From an uncultured Actinomycetes bacterium (GTDB lineage: Bacteria; Actinomycetota; Acidimicrobiia; Acidimicrobiales; Ilumatobacteraceae): 64,000 nt of DNA. The stretch is from NCBI GenBank assembly GCA_963754705.1, contig CAVWGZ010000005.1:162161-226160 (forward strand), written 5' to 3'. Positions 29,756-39,238 of this stretch are shown here, piece after piece. The position numbers and the translations under genes are program-made. Numbering within the stretch: position 1 is the first letter of the stretch; the number at the start of each line of letters is the position of its first letter. A model generated the notes under the pieces. It was not told the origin of the DNA and did not search any database. It was given only the letters and a program-made list of their open reading frames with translations.

Positions 29756-30610
29756 TCAAACGCCGATCAGCCGGGCAGCGGTGAGGAACCCGGTGTGGGC
29801 GACCATCCGGTGGTCGGGGCGGACCGCCTGGCCTTCGATGTGCCACCCGCGGTGGAGCACCTCGATCGTCCGCTGCCCGCTCCACAGCGGGGTCGCCAAC
29901 GCGTCGCGGACACGGGCGGCCTGGGTGATGCTCGGGGTGTAGGCGACGAGGATCCCGCCCTTGCGCATCACCTGCTGGGCATGGGGGACGACCCGCCAGG
30001 GCTCGGGGAGATCGAGCACCACCCGGTCGATCCGTTCGGCGTCGATCCCCTCGTAGCAGTCGCGCAGCTCGACGTGGTAGCGCTCGAGGGCGGCGGTGCC
30101 GAGGAACTCGCGGACGTTGGTCACCGCCCGGTTGAGGAAGTCCTCGCGCAGTTCGTAGCCGACGATCTCGGCGCCCCAACGGAGCATCGTCATCGACAGC
30201 GCACCGGAGCCGATCCCCGACTCGAGCACGCGCACGCCCGGTCCGATGTCGGCGAGCATGCAGATCGGGGCGAGGTCCTTCGGGTAGATCACCTGCGCGC
30301 CGCGGGGCATCTCGAGCACGAAGTCCTCGATCGTCGGACGCAGCACGAGGTACTTGGCGTTGCGTGTCGAGCGGACCTCGAACGCCTCGCCCTTACCGAG
30401 GAACTCGGCGTGAGGGACGAATCCGGCGTGGGTGTGGAACTCGCCTCCCTCTTTCAGCGTGACCAGGTAGCGGCGCTGCTTGTTGTCGAGCAGGAGCACC
30501 CGCTCGCCGTAGGCGAAGCCTCCGTCGGACGATGTGATCGTCGCCGGCTCGTCCGGCGCGCCGTCCACCGGGTTCGGCGTGACGTCGCCGAGGTCGTCGT
30601 GTTCGGTCAT
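29756..30610 (-). CDS. trmI: tRNA (adenine58-N1)-methyltransferase
   Basis: The motifs are RGAQVIYPKD, VLESGIGSGALS and LDLPEPW. ATGA overlap with the ttuA-like stop. Confidence 0.85.
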   Translation of the reverse strand: MTEHDDLGDVTPNPVDGAPDEPATITSSDGGFAYGERVLLLDNKQRRYLVTLKEGGEFHTHAGFVPHAEFLGKGEAFEVRSTRNAKYLVLRPTIEDFVLEMPRGAQVIYPKDLAPICMLADIGPGVRVLESGIGSGALSMTMLRWGAEIVGYELREDFLNRAVTNVREFLGTAALERYHVELRDCYEGIDAERIDRVVLDLPEPWRVVPHAQQVMRKGGILVAYTPSITQAARVRDALATPLWSGQRTIEVLHRGWHIEGQAVRPDHRMVAHTGFLTAARLIGV

Positions 30611-31572
30611 CGGCGACGCTTTCCTCCGGGGCGGCCGGCGCGGGCGAGGAGCTCGACCGGCACCGGTTGATGGGCAGCCGACTTCTCGACCAGACGACAG
30701 AACGCGCAGACCTCGCCGGGAGTCGGTGATCCGCAGCGCTCGCACGGATGGAGGTCGTCGGCCCCGCTGGCGGAAGCGGCGGCGAGCAGCGGGCTCATCT
30801 TCTCCAGGAAGTTGAGATAGAACGCAGCCTTGCTCCCCGGGGACTGGGCCTCCATCGTGTTGAGCACATCCTTGTACCCGAGGTGCTTGTTGCCGACGCT
30901 CATCGGGCACTCCTCGACCAGGTAGTCGATCCCGCGCACGACGCACCAGGCGGCGGTCTCGCGTTCGGTCAGGCGGACGAGCGGCTTGACCTTCTTCGGG
31001 AACCCGTTACCGCCGGGCAGCGCCGGCAATTGACGGGCGAGGTACTCGACCTCCCACCGCAGCGTGTTGCCGAGCAGCACGGCGGCCTCGTCGTCGAGGT
31101 TGTGGCCGGTGACGACGACGTCGTAGTTCCCCTCGCGGGCGGCTGCGTCGAACAGGTGGCGCTTGGACATCCCGCAGGCCGAGCACGGCGCCCGGCGGGT
31201 GGCGGCAGCTGCGGTCGGCACGTCGTAGCCGAGATCGTCGCGCAGCTTGATCACTCGCAGCTGGAGCCCGCGGGAGGTGGCGAAGTCCTCGGCGTAGCGC
31301 TGCGATTCGTCGCTGTAGTCACCGATCCCGAGGCCGAGGTAGAGCCCGTCGGCCTGGTAGCCGAGCTCGAGCAACAGATCCCAGACGGCGAGGCTGTCCT
31401 TACCGCCGGAGACGGCGACGAGGATCCGATCGTCGTGTCGGAGCATGTCGTGATCCTTGATCGCCTTGACCACCTGCCGCCGGCAGAGCTCGAGGAAATG
31501 CTCGGCGCAGAAGTTGGCGTTGTGGCGCGGCAGGTCGATGATCGCCGGCCCGCGGCAGACCCGGCACTTCAT
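30607..31572 (-). CDS. TtuA/Ncs6-like PP-loop tRNA 2-thiolase
   Basis: It has the N-terminal Zn finger CRVCRG...FCAEH, the PP-loop VAVSGGKDS, the cluster cysteines CSACG and ECP, and the C-terminal CERCG...CAFC. Confidence 0.8.
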   Translation of the reverse strand: MKCRVCRGPAIIDLPRHNANFCAEHFLELCRRQVVKAIKDHDMLRHDDRILVAVSGGKDSLAVWDLLLELGYQADGLYLGLGIGDYSDESQRYAEDFATSRGLQLRVIKLRDDLGYDVPTAAAATRRAPCSACGMSKRHLFDAAAREGNYDVVVTGHNLDDEAAVLLGNTLRWEVEYLARQLPALPGGNGFPKKVKPLVRLTERETAAWCVVRGIDYLVEECPMSVGNKHLGYKDVLNTMEAQSPGSKAAFYLNFLEKMSPLLAAASASGADDLHPCERCGSPTPGEVCAFCRLVEKSAAHQPVPVELLARAGRPGGKRRR

Positions 31573-31769
31573 CCCGACCCTCCGGAGATCACCGGGCGGA
31601 TCTCGATCGTGTCGGTCTCGGCGAGCAGCTCGTCGCCCGGGACGAGCGTGCCGTTGCGGATCACCAGGTGCGACTCGCGGTTGAGTCCGAGCTCGGCGAG
31701 CAGCGCGTGGACACGGCGGGTGCCGTCGAGCTCGAGTTCTCGCTTCGGATTGCGCAACACGACGATCAT
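31569..31769 (-). CDS. ThiS/MoaD-like ubiquitin-fold sulfur carrier ending ...ISGGSG
   Basis: The 66-aa protein has a beta-grasp-like sequence. Its Gly-Gly is followed by two residues. ATGA overlap with the thiolase start. Confidence 0.65.
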   Translation of the reverse strand: MIVVLRNPKRELELDGTRRVHALLAELGLNRESHLVIRNGTLVPGDELLAETDTIEIRPVISGGSG

Positions 31770-31807
31770 CAGCCGACCATTCTGGCGGCGAGCGGCACGA
31801 TGCGGAA

Positions 31808-32116
31808 CTACCCGACCCGCTCGGTGCGCCTGGGCTGCTTCGCCGGCTTGGCCCGGCGGGCACGCTTGGCGGCCTTGCGCTGCTTGCGCGTCGGCGGCGC
31901 GATCGCCCGGATCGTGACGAACTGACCGGGCTCGAGCACCTCGGTGGCGGCGAGTTCTTCCGACCGGCCGAGGGTCGATCGCAACGTCCGCCCGCCGTAG
32001 AACAGCGCGCCGAGGATCAGCCAGCCACGGCTCCCGCCGAGCAGACCCTTGTACAGACCGTTGCGCCGGATCAGTACCGACGCAGAGAGCACCCGCGACC
32101 GGCGGCGTCGAGCCAC
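31808..32116 (-). CDS. hypothetical protein with one TM segment and a Lys/Arg-rich tail
   Basis: The 102-aa ORF starts at a GTG and has good GC3. No motif was recognised. Confidence 0.4.
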   Translation of the reverse strand: MARRRRSRVLSASVLIRRNGLYKGLLGGSRGWLILGALFYGGRTLRSTLGRSEELAATEVLEPGQFVTIRAIAPPTRKQRKAAKRARRAKPAKQPRRTERVG

Positions 32117-32119
32117 TGC

Positions 32120-32326
32120 TCAGACCCGGCGAATCTCGACGATGGTCGTCTTCTTCTTGCCGCTGCGCTTACCGAGGGCGAAGACGAGGAACAGGATCAC
32201 GAGCCCGGCGATCGCCCCGGCGATCGCGATCGTCTGCTTCTTGTCGGCGACCGAGCCCTCGACCCCGCTCTGCAATGCGGCGAACTTCGCCTCCAGCTGA
32301 TCGCGGGTGACCTTCGTCTTGGTCAT
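32120..32326 (-). CDS. small C-terminally anchored membrane protein
   Basis: MTKTKVTRDQLEAKFAALQSG...IAIAGAIAGLVILFLVFAL. ATGA overlap with the upstream gene. Confidence 0.45.
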   Translation of the reverse strand: MTKTKVTRDQLEAKFAALQSGVEGSVADKKQTIAIAGAIAGLVILFLVFALGKRSGKKKTTIVEIRRV

Positions 32327-32652
32327 CGGCGAGACTCCTTCTGCAGCGTCTTCTTGTTCATCCGGGTGACGACGACGGCGGTGACGACCAGCAATGCCGC
32401 CAAGGTGATCACGTACGGCAGGATCGCCTTGGCGCCGTCGAAGGTGTCGGCCGCCTCCGTCTGGAGCAGGCGCAGGACGCCGAGGACGACGAAGAACAGC
32501 CCGATTCCCCAGGCGATCGCGCCGCCGATCCCTGCGCCCAGCCAACGCCCGATGCCCTTCAGCGGTCCGAGTGTCTCCTGGCGGACGTAGGTCTTGACGA
32601 GCTCGACCACCTCGCCGATGTGGGTCTCGTTGGAGTGGACGCGTTCGGGCAC
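32323..32652 (-). CDS. two-TM membrane protein resembling actinobacterial 'holin-X'/phage-holin-family proteins
   Basis: ELVKTYVRQETLGPLKGIGRWLGAGIGGAIAWGIGLFFVVLGV is followed by a second TM segment. Confidence 0.45.
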   Translation of the reverse strand: MPERVHSNETHIGEVVELVKTYVRQETLGPLKGIGRWLGAGIGGAIAWGIGLFFVVLGVLRLLQTEAADTFDGAKAILPYVITLAALLVVTAVVVTRMNKKTLQKESRR

Positions 32653-32686
32653 GGAGATAGTTCTTAGCAGGTCGGCAACTGTCGCC

Positions 32687-33313
32687 CTACGAATCGCTCA
32701 GTCGCGCGTGGAGTGAGAGCTGCGCATCGGCGACCAGTTCGGCGAGCAGTTCGAGCCGTCGCGCCGGCCCCGGCGCGGCGAGCAGCGCCTGCCGATCGGC
32801 GGGACCGAGCGGGGCGAGCTGGCTGAGGTGGTAGGAGGCGAGCACCGGAGCGGTGGCGATCTCGTCGGTGGTCGATGCGCTGGTGTCGCCGAGCTCGACG
32901 GCGAGCGCAGCTGCGCGCCGCACCACCGGTTCGAGGGCGGCGATCGTCGCCTCCAGCTCGCCCTCGCCGACGTCGTCGAGCTCGTCAGGCCACTCCTCGA
33001 TCTCCGCCTTCGGGTAGGGGTCGTCGTCGAGCCAGGTCTCGACCCGGATCCGGCGCGTCCCGACGCAGGTCATCGCATAGCGGTCGCCGGGGAGCTGGGC
33101 GAGCTGGACGATCCGGGCGACGGTCCCGAGCGTCGTGCGCACCTCGCCGCCGCCGACCTCCCGGCCGCGCTCGATCAGGACGACGCCGAACTCCGGTTCG
33201 TTGCTCAGGCAGTGGGCGACGAGCTCGCGGTAGCGCGGTTCGAACACGTGCAGCGGTAGCACTGCGCCGGGCAACAGCACGCTCCCGAGGGGGAACATCG
33301 GGATCGTCGGCAT
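32687..33313 (-). CDS. Lon protease N-terminal (substrate-binding) domain protein
   Basis: IPMFPLGSVLLPGAVLPLHVFEPRYRELV...FGVVLI is the canonical LON N-domain opening. Confidence 0.8.
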   Translation of the reverse strand: MPTIPMFPLGSVLLPGAVLPLHVFEPRYRELVAHCLSNEPEFGVVLIERGREVGGGEVRTTLGTVARIVQLAQLPGDRYAMTCVGTRRIRVETWLDDDPYPKAEIEEWPDELDDVGEGELEATIAALEPVVRRAAALAVELGDTSASTTDEIATAPVLASYHLSQLAPLGPADRQALLAAPGPARRLELLAELVADAQLSLHARLSDS

Positions 33314-33323
33314 GGCCGCCACG

Positions 33324-34544
33324 CTACGCCCCGGGAGCCAACTGCTCGGCGGTAGGGATCGGCGGCACCCGGCCGAGCGCATCGGCGAGCCGCGCCCAGG
33401 CCTCGTCGGCCCGAGCGGCGGCACCGGCGCCGTTGAGGATCAGGCTGAAGGTCAGCGTGTGCTCACCGGGAACGAACCCGGACAGGGCGCGGGCGCCGGT
33501 GAGGGTGCCGGTCTTGCCCCGCAGGACGTCCTCGAGCTCGGTGGCGAGGAAGGCGTCGCGCAGTGTGCCGCTCCGCCCGGCGATCGCCAAGCCGTCGAAC
33601 ACGGGTCCGGCCGCGCCGCTTCGTTCGAGCACCTCGGTCACCGTCGAGCACCGCAGACGATTGCGGTTGGCCAACCCCGAGCCGTCGAACAGCTCGACCC
33701 CGTCGAGCGGGATCCCCCACTCGCCGAGCACGTCGGCGACCACCGACAGCCCCGCAGCGGTCGTCCCCTCCAGCCGACGGACGAGCCCGATCTCCTTCAA
33801 CAGCAACTCGGCGGTGTTGTCGTCGCTGGTGGTGAGCATCTCGGCGAGCACTGCCGGCAGTTCGATCGAGGCCTCGGCGATCGTCGGCAGGTCGGCGGGT
33901 GCCGTCCCCCCGCCGGCGCCGCCGCCGACGGCGATCCCGTTTGCTTCGAGCACGGCGAGGAGGTGCTCGGCCGCACCCGCAGCCGGGTCACCCGACGGCA
34001 CGTCGGCTTCGGCATCCGGATAGCCGTCGTTGACCAGCGCCGCGGAGAACGGCCCCGCCTCCTCGCGGGCGATCCCGTCCTGCCACACGTCGAGATAGCG
34101 GACCGTGTCGTAGCGTGACTCGTCGGCGACGACACCGCCGGTGATCCTGGTGACACCCGCGTCGCGCAACTGGCGGGCGAGCCCGTCGAGCGACGTGTAC
34201 GGCGACTGGGGGAATCTGGCCACTGCGGGATAGCCGGCGAAGTCGTCGGTCGCCAGTGTTGCATCGCCTCCGCCGACGAGGAACAGGTCACCGTCGATCA
34301 CCGAACCGTTGCGGAGCCCGGCGAGGCGGGTCGTCAGCCGGTGATCGGCGCCGAGGACCTCGAGCGCGACGGCGGCGGTGACCAACTTCAGATTGCTCGC
34401 CGGTATCACCGGCGAGTCGTCACCGACGGTGAGCAGCCGGGTGCCGTCGAGGTCGGCGACGAAGCAGGCCTCAGGCGCGCCCGGTTCGATCACCGTCGCC
34501 AGCGCGTTGCGGTAGAGCCGGCGCCCGGTCTCGACGGCGAGCAC
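33324..34544 (-). CDS. dacB: D-alanyl-D-alanine carboxypeptidase/endopeptidase (PBP4, S13 family); true start unresolved
   Basis: The motifs are PASNLKL (SxxK), SALVNDGY and KTGTLTG. The frame stays open 195 nt upstream of GTG 34544 through a TM anchor (WSVAGLAVVGLVPTIALGGLYL), with no ATG, GTG or TTG. Confidence 0.8.
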   Translation of the reverse strand: MLAVETGRRLYRNALATVIEPGAPEACFVADLDGTRLLTVGDDSPVIPASNLKLVTAAVALEVLGADHRLTTRLAGLRNGSVIDGDLFLVGGGDATLATDDFAGYPAVARFPQSPYTSLDGLARQLRDAGVTRITGGVVADESRYDTVRYLDVWQDGIAREEAGPFSAALVNDGYPDAEADVPSGDPAAGAAEHLLAVLEANGIAVGGGAGGGTAPADLPTIAEASIELPAVLAEMLTTSDDNTAELLLKEIGLVRRLEGTTAAGLSVVADVLGEWGIPLDGVELFDGSGLANRNRLRCSTVTEVLERSGAAGPVFDGLAIAGRSGTLRDAFLATELEDVLRGKTGTLTGARALSGFVPGEHTLTFSLILNGAGAAARADEAWARLADALGRVPPIPTAEQLAPGA

Positions 34545-34726
34545 CTGCGGGGTGCGGCGCAGCGAGAGCAGCGCCGCCTGCGGCGCGGGCGAGCCATCGT
34601 CGAGCGGGACGTCGGCTGCGACACCGACGTTGCGGTCTGCGCGCTGATCGGACTGGAGGTAGAGGCCGCCGAGGGCGATCGTCGGGACGAGCCCGACGAC
34701 GGCCAGTCCGGCGACCGACCAGCGGC

Positions 34727-36890
34727 TCAGCGGTGCCCCCGGGTACGGCGGAACTCGGCGTAGCGATACAGGTGGCCGAGGGCGGTGACGGCTCGGTTGC
34801 CGCTCGGGTAGCAGAGCCGTCCGGTGGCCCGGACCGTTGCCGGACCGGCATTGCCCGGATCGGCCGTCGCCAGTTCGGTGGCGGTGAGGATCGGTTTGCC
34901 GGTCGCCCTCGAGATCTCGTCGGCCGCTTCGGCGAAGCGGGCGTCCTGACGCTCGTGATACGCGACGATCCGTTCCAGTCCGTGATCGGGGTAGAACGGG
35001 CCCTCGCGCATCAGCCGTGCCTGGTTCGACTGGATCCCGATCCCGAGATAGATCACCGCGTCGACCGACGGGTGACCGGCGACGATCTGGAGCACGTCGG
35101 GGATCGTGTCACGGGTCTCGCCACCGGCGCAGTCGACCGGGTTGTTCCGGCTCCATCGCGGCGGCAGCTTGCGGTCGATCTCGGCGAGCAGCTCGGCGGG
35201 TAGCTCCAACAAGCGCAACCGGCCGTCGCGGACGATCGCATCGGCGGTGATCACTCCCCATCCGCCGACGGTCGTGACGACGACGACGTTCGGTCCACCG
35301 GGCAGCGGCTGGGTGGCGAAGGTCGCCGCCGCCTCGAACGCCTCCTCGACGTTCGCCGCCCGCGTCAGACCGGCCTTGCGGCACGCACCGTCGAAGATCT
35401 TGTCGTTCGCCGCCAACGCCCCGGTGTGACTCGCCGCAGCACGCGCCCCGCCGGCGGTCGCCCCGCCCTTGAGCAGCACCAACGGCTTGCGCTCGGCCAC
35501 CTCGGCGCAGCGGGCGAGCAACGAGCGCCCGTCGACGATCCCCTCGACGTAGGCCAGCGCGACCGTCGTCGCCTCGTCGGTCGCGTACCACTCGAGATAA
35601 TCGGCGACGCCGACCGCGGCGGCGTTGCCGGCGCTGACGGCGCGGCTGACGCCGACCCCCGACGCCCGGGCGAGATTCTGGAACGACGACACGAAATTGC
35701 CGCTCTGGCTGGCGATCCCGATCCCTCCCGGCGGCGGGACGGGGGCGACGATCTGGGCGCAGAGCTTGGCCGGGGTCGAGACCACCCCCTGACCGTTGGG
35801 ACCGGCGAGCAGCATCCCGAGCTCGTCGGCCAAGGCGACCAACGCAGCCTCCGCCTGTCTGCCCTCCTCCCCCGCTTCGCCGTACCCGGCCGAAGTGATG
35901 AACGCAGCACCGATCCCCTTCGCCGCGCACGCCCGCAACAACGCCGGGTTGACCGACGCCGGCGTGCAGACGAACACCAGATCCGCAGCACCGTCGGGGA
36001 GCTCGGCGACATCGGCGACGGTCCGCACGCCGAGCACCTCCTCCCCGGCGAGGTTCGTCCCGAACACCGCCCCGCCGTAGCCGGCGGCGAGCAGGTTGTG
36101 GATCGAGACGAACCCGAACTTGCCCGGATGCGACGACGCCCCGGCGACGACCACCCCCTTCGGCTCGAACAACGCCCGGAACTGCGCGTCGCTCGGGCGT
36201 GGCCGGATCGGTGTCCCGTCGAGTCGGTCCGGCTCGCCCAGCTCGACCAGCGCATCGACCGCCACCGGGCGACCTTCGGGCGTCACGATCAGCGGATTGA
36301 GATCGACCGACACCAACGCCGGCGTCGCCACCGCCGCATCCGACAGCGCGGTCAACGTCGCCGCCAACGAGACCCGATCGACCGCCGCCTCACCGCGCAA
36401 CGGGCCGAGCAAGGCCTGCGTCGCCAACGAGTCGATCATCTCCGCCGCATCCAGCGCATCGATCGGCACCGGCCGGAACACGACATCGGCGATCGCCTCC
36501 GCCAACACCCCACCGACGCCGAGCATCACGTTCATCCCGAACTGCGGATCGCGGACCAACCCGGCGATCAACTCCCGATGACCGGACACCATCGGCGCGA
36601 TCAGCACCCCGACCTCGCCGTCGTCCGGTCGGGCGAGCTCGAGCAGCTCCTCCGCAGCAGCCGACACGGCCTCGGCGCTGTTCAACCGCAAACGAACCAG
36701 ACCACGCTCGGTCTTGTGCGCGATCGCGTCGCCGCACAACTTGGCGACCACCGGGAACCCGATCTCACCGCGCGGCCCGCACCGCTTCCCCGGCGCTCGC
36801 CACCACCCGCTCGGCGGCGATCGGGACGCCGAACGAGGCGAGCATCGACTTCGAATCGGCTTCCGACAGCGTTCGTGAGGTCCCGGTCAC
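34727..36890 (-). pseudogene. ADP-forming acetyl/acyl-CoA synthetase (ATP-grasp + CoA-binding + ligase domains), one frame break at ~36764
   Basis: The junction reads TLSEADSKSMLASFGVPIAAERVVASAGEAVRAAR TGA G.... Removing the T gives EIGFPVVAKLCGD. It also has GASSHPGKFG, IASQSGN and GALAAND. Confidence 0.8.
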
Positions 36891-36938
36891 GTCGGGCGAC
36901 GCTAATGGGGTGCGACCCCCGGCGGGCCGCTCGGTAAC

Positions 36939-37355
36939 GTGAGCCGCTCGATGAGCGGCCGCACCGATCTGCGCGAGATCCTCGAATCGTTGGAAGTGAT
37001 CCGTCGCCCGGGCGAGTTCGGGTACGCCTCGATTCCCGCCGGCGATCCGCTGCCGGAGATCTCCTTCGAGGCGTTGGTCGTCGAGGACGAGGGCACCACG
37101 ATCGTCGCCCGCACCGCCGAGCTGCGCAGCGCCGGACTGTCGCCGGTGTTCGAGGCCGCCTGGCTGACGATCGAGGCGCACACCGCACTCGAGGCGATCG
37201 GGCTCACCGCCGTGCTCGCGGCGCGGTTGACCGAAGCGGGGATCCCGGCGAACGTCGTCGCCGGCGCATACCACGACCATCTGCTGGTCCCCGTCGACGA
37301 CGCCACGCGGGCGATCGCTGCACTACTCGGGCAGCAGCGCCGCCCGGAACAGTGA
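36939..37355 (+). CDS. ACT-domain-like small-molecule-binding protein
   Basis: LEAIGLTAVLAARLTEAGIPANVVAGAYHDHLLVP is typical of the ACT_7-type fold. It overlaps the TetR 3' end by 33 nt. Confidence 0.6.
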   Translation: MSRSMSGRTDLREILESLEVIRRPGEFGYASIPAGDPLPEISFEALVVEDEGTTIVARTAELRSAGLSPVFEAAWLTIEAHTALEAIGLTAVLAARLTEAGIPANVVAGAYHDHLLVPVDDATRAIAALLGQQRRPEQ

Positions 37356-37955
37356 GATGACGTGCTCCAGACGCGCCTGGAGCGCTCCGGGCGCGAGCGG
37401 GTCCCGGTCGATCAGGCCGCCGAGGAACGGTGCGTCGGAGAAATAGCTCAGCAGCGCTCCGTAGCCGCTGATCACGAGTTGGACCGGGTCCTGGCGGCGG
37501 AGGTTGCCGGCGGCCATCTCGCCCTCGAAATAGCTGACCGCCCGATCGAACATCGGCCGGAGCACGGCGGGCAGGTCGACGCCGACATGAGCCCCGCCGT
37601 CGATCGCCTCCCGTCGGATCAACCGGACGTAGTCCTGGTTCTGTTCGAAGAAGCGGAATCCGGCGGCGAGCACCTGTTCGATCTTCGGCCAACCGCGCAG
37701 CCCACTGGCGATCGTCGCCGCCTCGACCCGTTCGAACCAGTCCGACATCACCCGCTCGAACACCTCGACGTACAGCGCATCTTTCGACGGGAAGTGGTAC
37801 AGCAGGCTCGGGCGGCGGATCCCGACCCCGGCGGCGATGTCGTTCAGCGACGTCCCCTCGTACCCGCCGGCGGCGAAGCAGTGCACTGCCTCGTTGATGA
37901 TCAGTTCGCGGGTCGACGCCGGACCATGCTGCGGAACTGCCGGCGGATCTGGCAT
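37323..37955 (-). CDS. TetR-family transcriptional regulator
   Basis: The HTH reads TRELIINEAVHCFAAGGYEGTSLNDIAAGVGIRRPSLLYHFPSKDALY. It is divergent from the desaturase. Confidence 0.85.
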   Translation of the reverse strand: MPDPPAVPQHGPASTRELIINEAVHCFAAGGYEGTSLNDIAAGVGIRRPSLLYHFPSKDALYVEVFERVMSDWFERVEAATIASGLRGWPKIEQVLAAGFRFFEQNQDYVRLIRREAIDGGAHVGVDLPAVLRPMFDRAVSYFEGEMAAGNLRRQDPVQLVISGYGALLSYFSDAPFLGGLIDRDPLAPGALQARLEHVISLFRAALLPE

Positions 37956-37984
37956 CGACGCGTGACACTACTGCCACCAGATTG

Positions 37985-38000
37985 CCTACTGACAAGTAGG
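37985..38000. promoter_or_regulatory. perfect palindrome CCTACT-GACA-AGTAGG in the TetR/desaturase divergent spacer (candidate operator)
   Basis: It lies 4 nt before the desaturase GTG at 38004. Confidence 0.4.
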
Positions 38001-38003
38001 TAG

Positions 38004-38790
38004 GTGGTGCTAGCGTTGGTCTCCGTGCTGACCACCGTGCTCACCGGGCTCGTCGCCGGCTTCGCCGTGACGATGCTGTCCAACTTCGCCACGACGATCT
38101 TCCTTCACCGGGCGCTGGCGCACAAGGCGCTGAGCATGCGCGCACCATTGCCGCGTCGCGTTCCGGATCTTCGTCTGGGTCGCGACCGGGATCCGGCCTC
38201 GCCAGTGGGCTGCGGTGCACCGCAAACACCACGCCTACACCGACGTCGAAGGCGACCCGCACTCCCCGGTGCTGCTCGGCTGGCTGAACGTGCAGATCCG
38301 CAACGTCGCGCTCTACCGCCAGGAAGCCGGCAACGACGAGACCGTCCGCAAGTACGCCAAGGATCTCCCTGCCGACCGCTGGGACCGGGTCCTGTTCGAC
38401 CACGCCCTGCTCGGTCTCGGCATCGGGATCGCGATGCTGGTGGCCGTGTTCGGCCCGTGGGCCGGGGTGATCGCAGCCCTCGTCCACGTCAACCTCTACC
38501 TGGCGACGAGCGCCGCGGTGAACGCGATGGGTCACCACTTCGGCCGCCGTCCGTACGACGACTGCTCGGCGACCAACCTCCAGTGGCTCGCCTGGCTGAC
38601 CGCCGGCGAGGGACTGCACAACAATCACCATGCCGCCCCGACCTCTGCGCGGCTGTCCCACCGACGCTGGGAGTTCGATCCGGGTTGGTGGGCGATCGTC
38701 GCCTTTCGCCGGCTCGGGCTGGTCAAGGTCCGGCTGAACGAGGTCGTGTTCCGCTCCTCGTCGAGAGCGTCGGCGAAGTCCGCCGCCTGA
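38004..38790 (+). pseudogene. membrane fatty-acid (acyl-CoA/acyl-lipid) desaturase, one frame break (~38140-38162)
   Basis: It has His boxes HRALAHK, HRKHH and HNNHH. The downstream part lies in the +1 frame. Confidence 0.8.
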
Positions 38791-38841
38791 GCGTCCCGGC
38801 GGGAACGACCGCCCCGGCCCGCGGCCGTTAGCGTTCTCGGG

Positions 38842-39237
38842 ATGCAGATCGTCTCGGCGCTGTTCACGGAGAATTTCAACCTGCGTCAGGCGCCCGGGCC
38901 GTCGACCCGGATCGACCTCACCGGTGTGTTCTTCTCGATCGCCGCCCCGTCGCCGGTCCCGGTCAGCCTCGACCCGCATCTGATCGCGCTGATCTACTGC
39001 TCGACCGACGAGCCGGGCAACGGCGTGTTCGAGGTCGTGTTCCGTCGCGGCGCCTCCGAGGACGACGAGCAGATCGCCCGCAACGTCAATCCGTTCACCG
39101 TCGAGCCGGGCAAGTTCACCTATCGGTTGGTCCGTGGCGAACTCGAGTTCAGCGAGTACGGCCAGATCTTCGCCCACTGCCGGATCGACCGCGGACCGTG
39201 GCACCTGGTGCCGTTGACGTTGCTCCCCCCGGCGTGA
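38842..39237 (+). CDS. hypothetical 131-aa protein, adjacent to the FIST gene
   Basis: It has coding-like composition but no recognised motif. Its stop lies 1 nt before the FIST ATG. Confidence 0.5.
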   Translation: MQIVSALFTENFNLRQAPGPSTRIDLTGVFFSIAAPSPVPVSLDPHLIALIYCSTDEPGNGVFEVVFRRGASEDDEQIARNVNPFTVEPGKFTYRLVRGELEFSEYGQIFAHCRIDRGPWHLVPLTLLPPA

Positions 39238-39238
39238 G

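Noticed and set aside
32323-32652. The holin-like protein as evidence of a prophage or lysis cassette.
   Set aside because: There is no endolysin, capsid, tail, terminase or integrase gene nearby. The gene sits in a housekeeping-looking operon with native GC.
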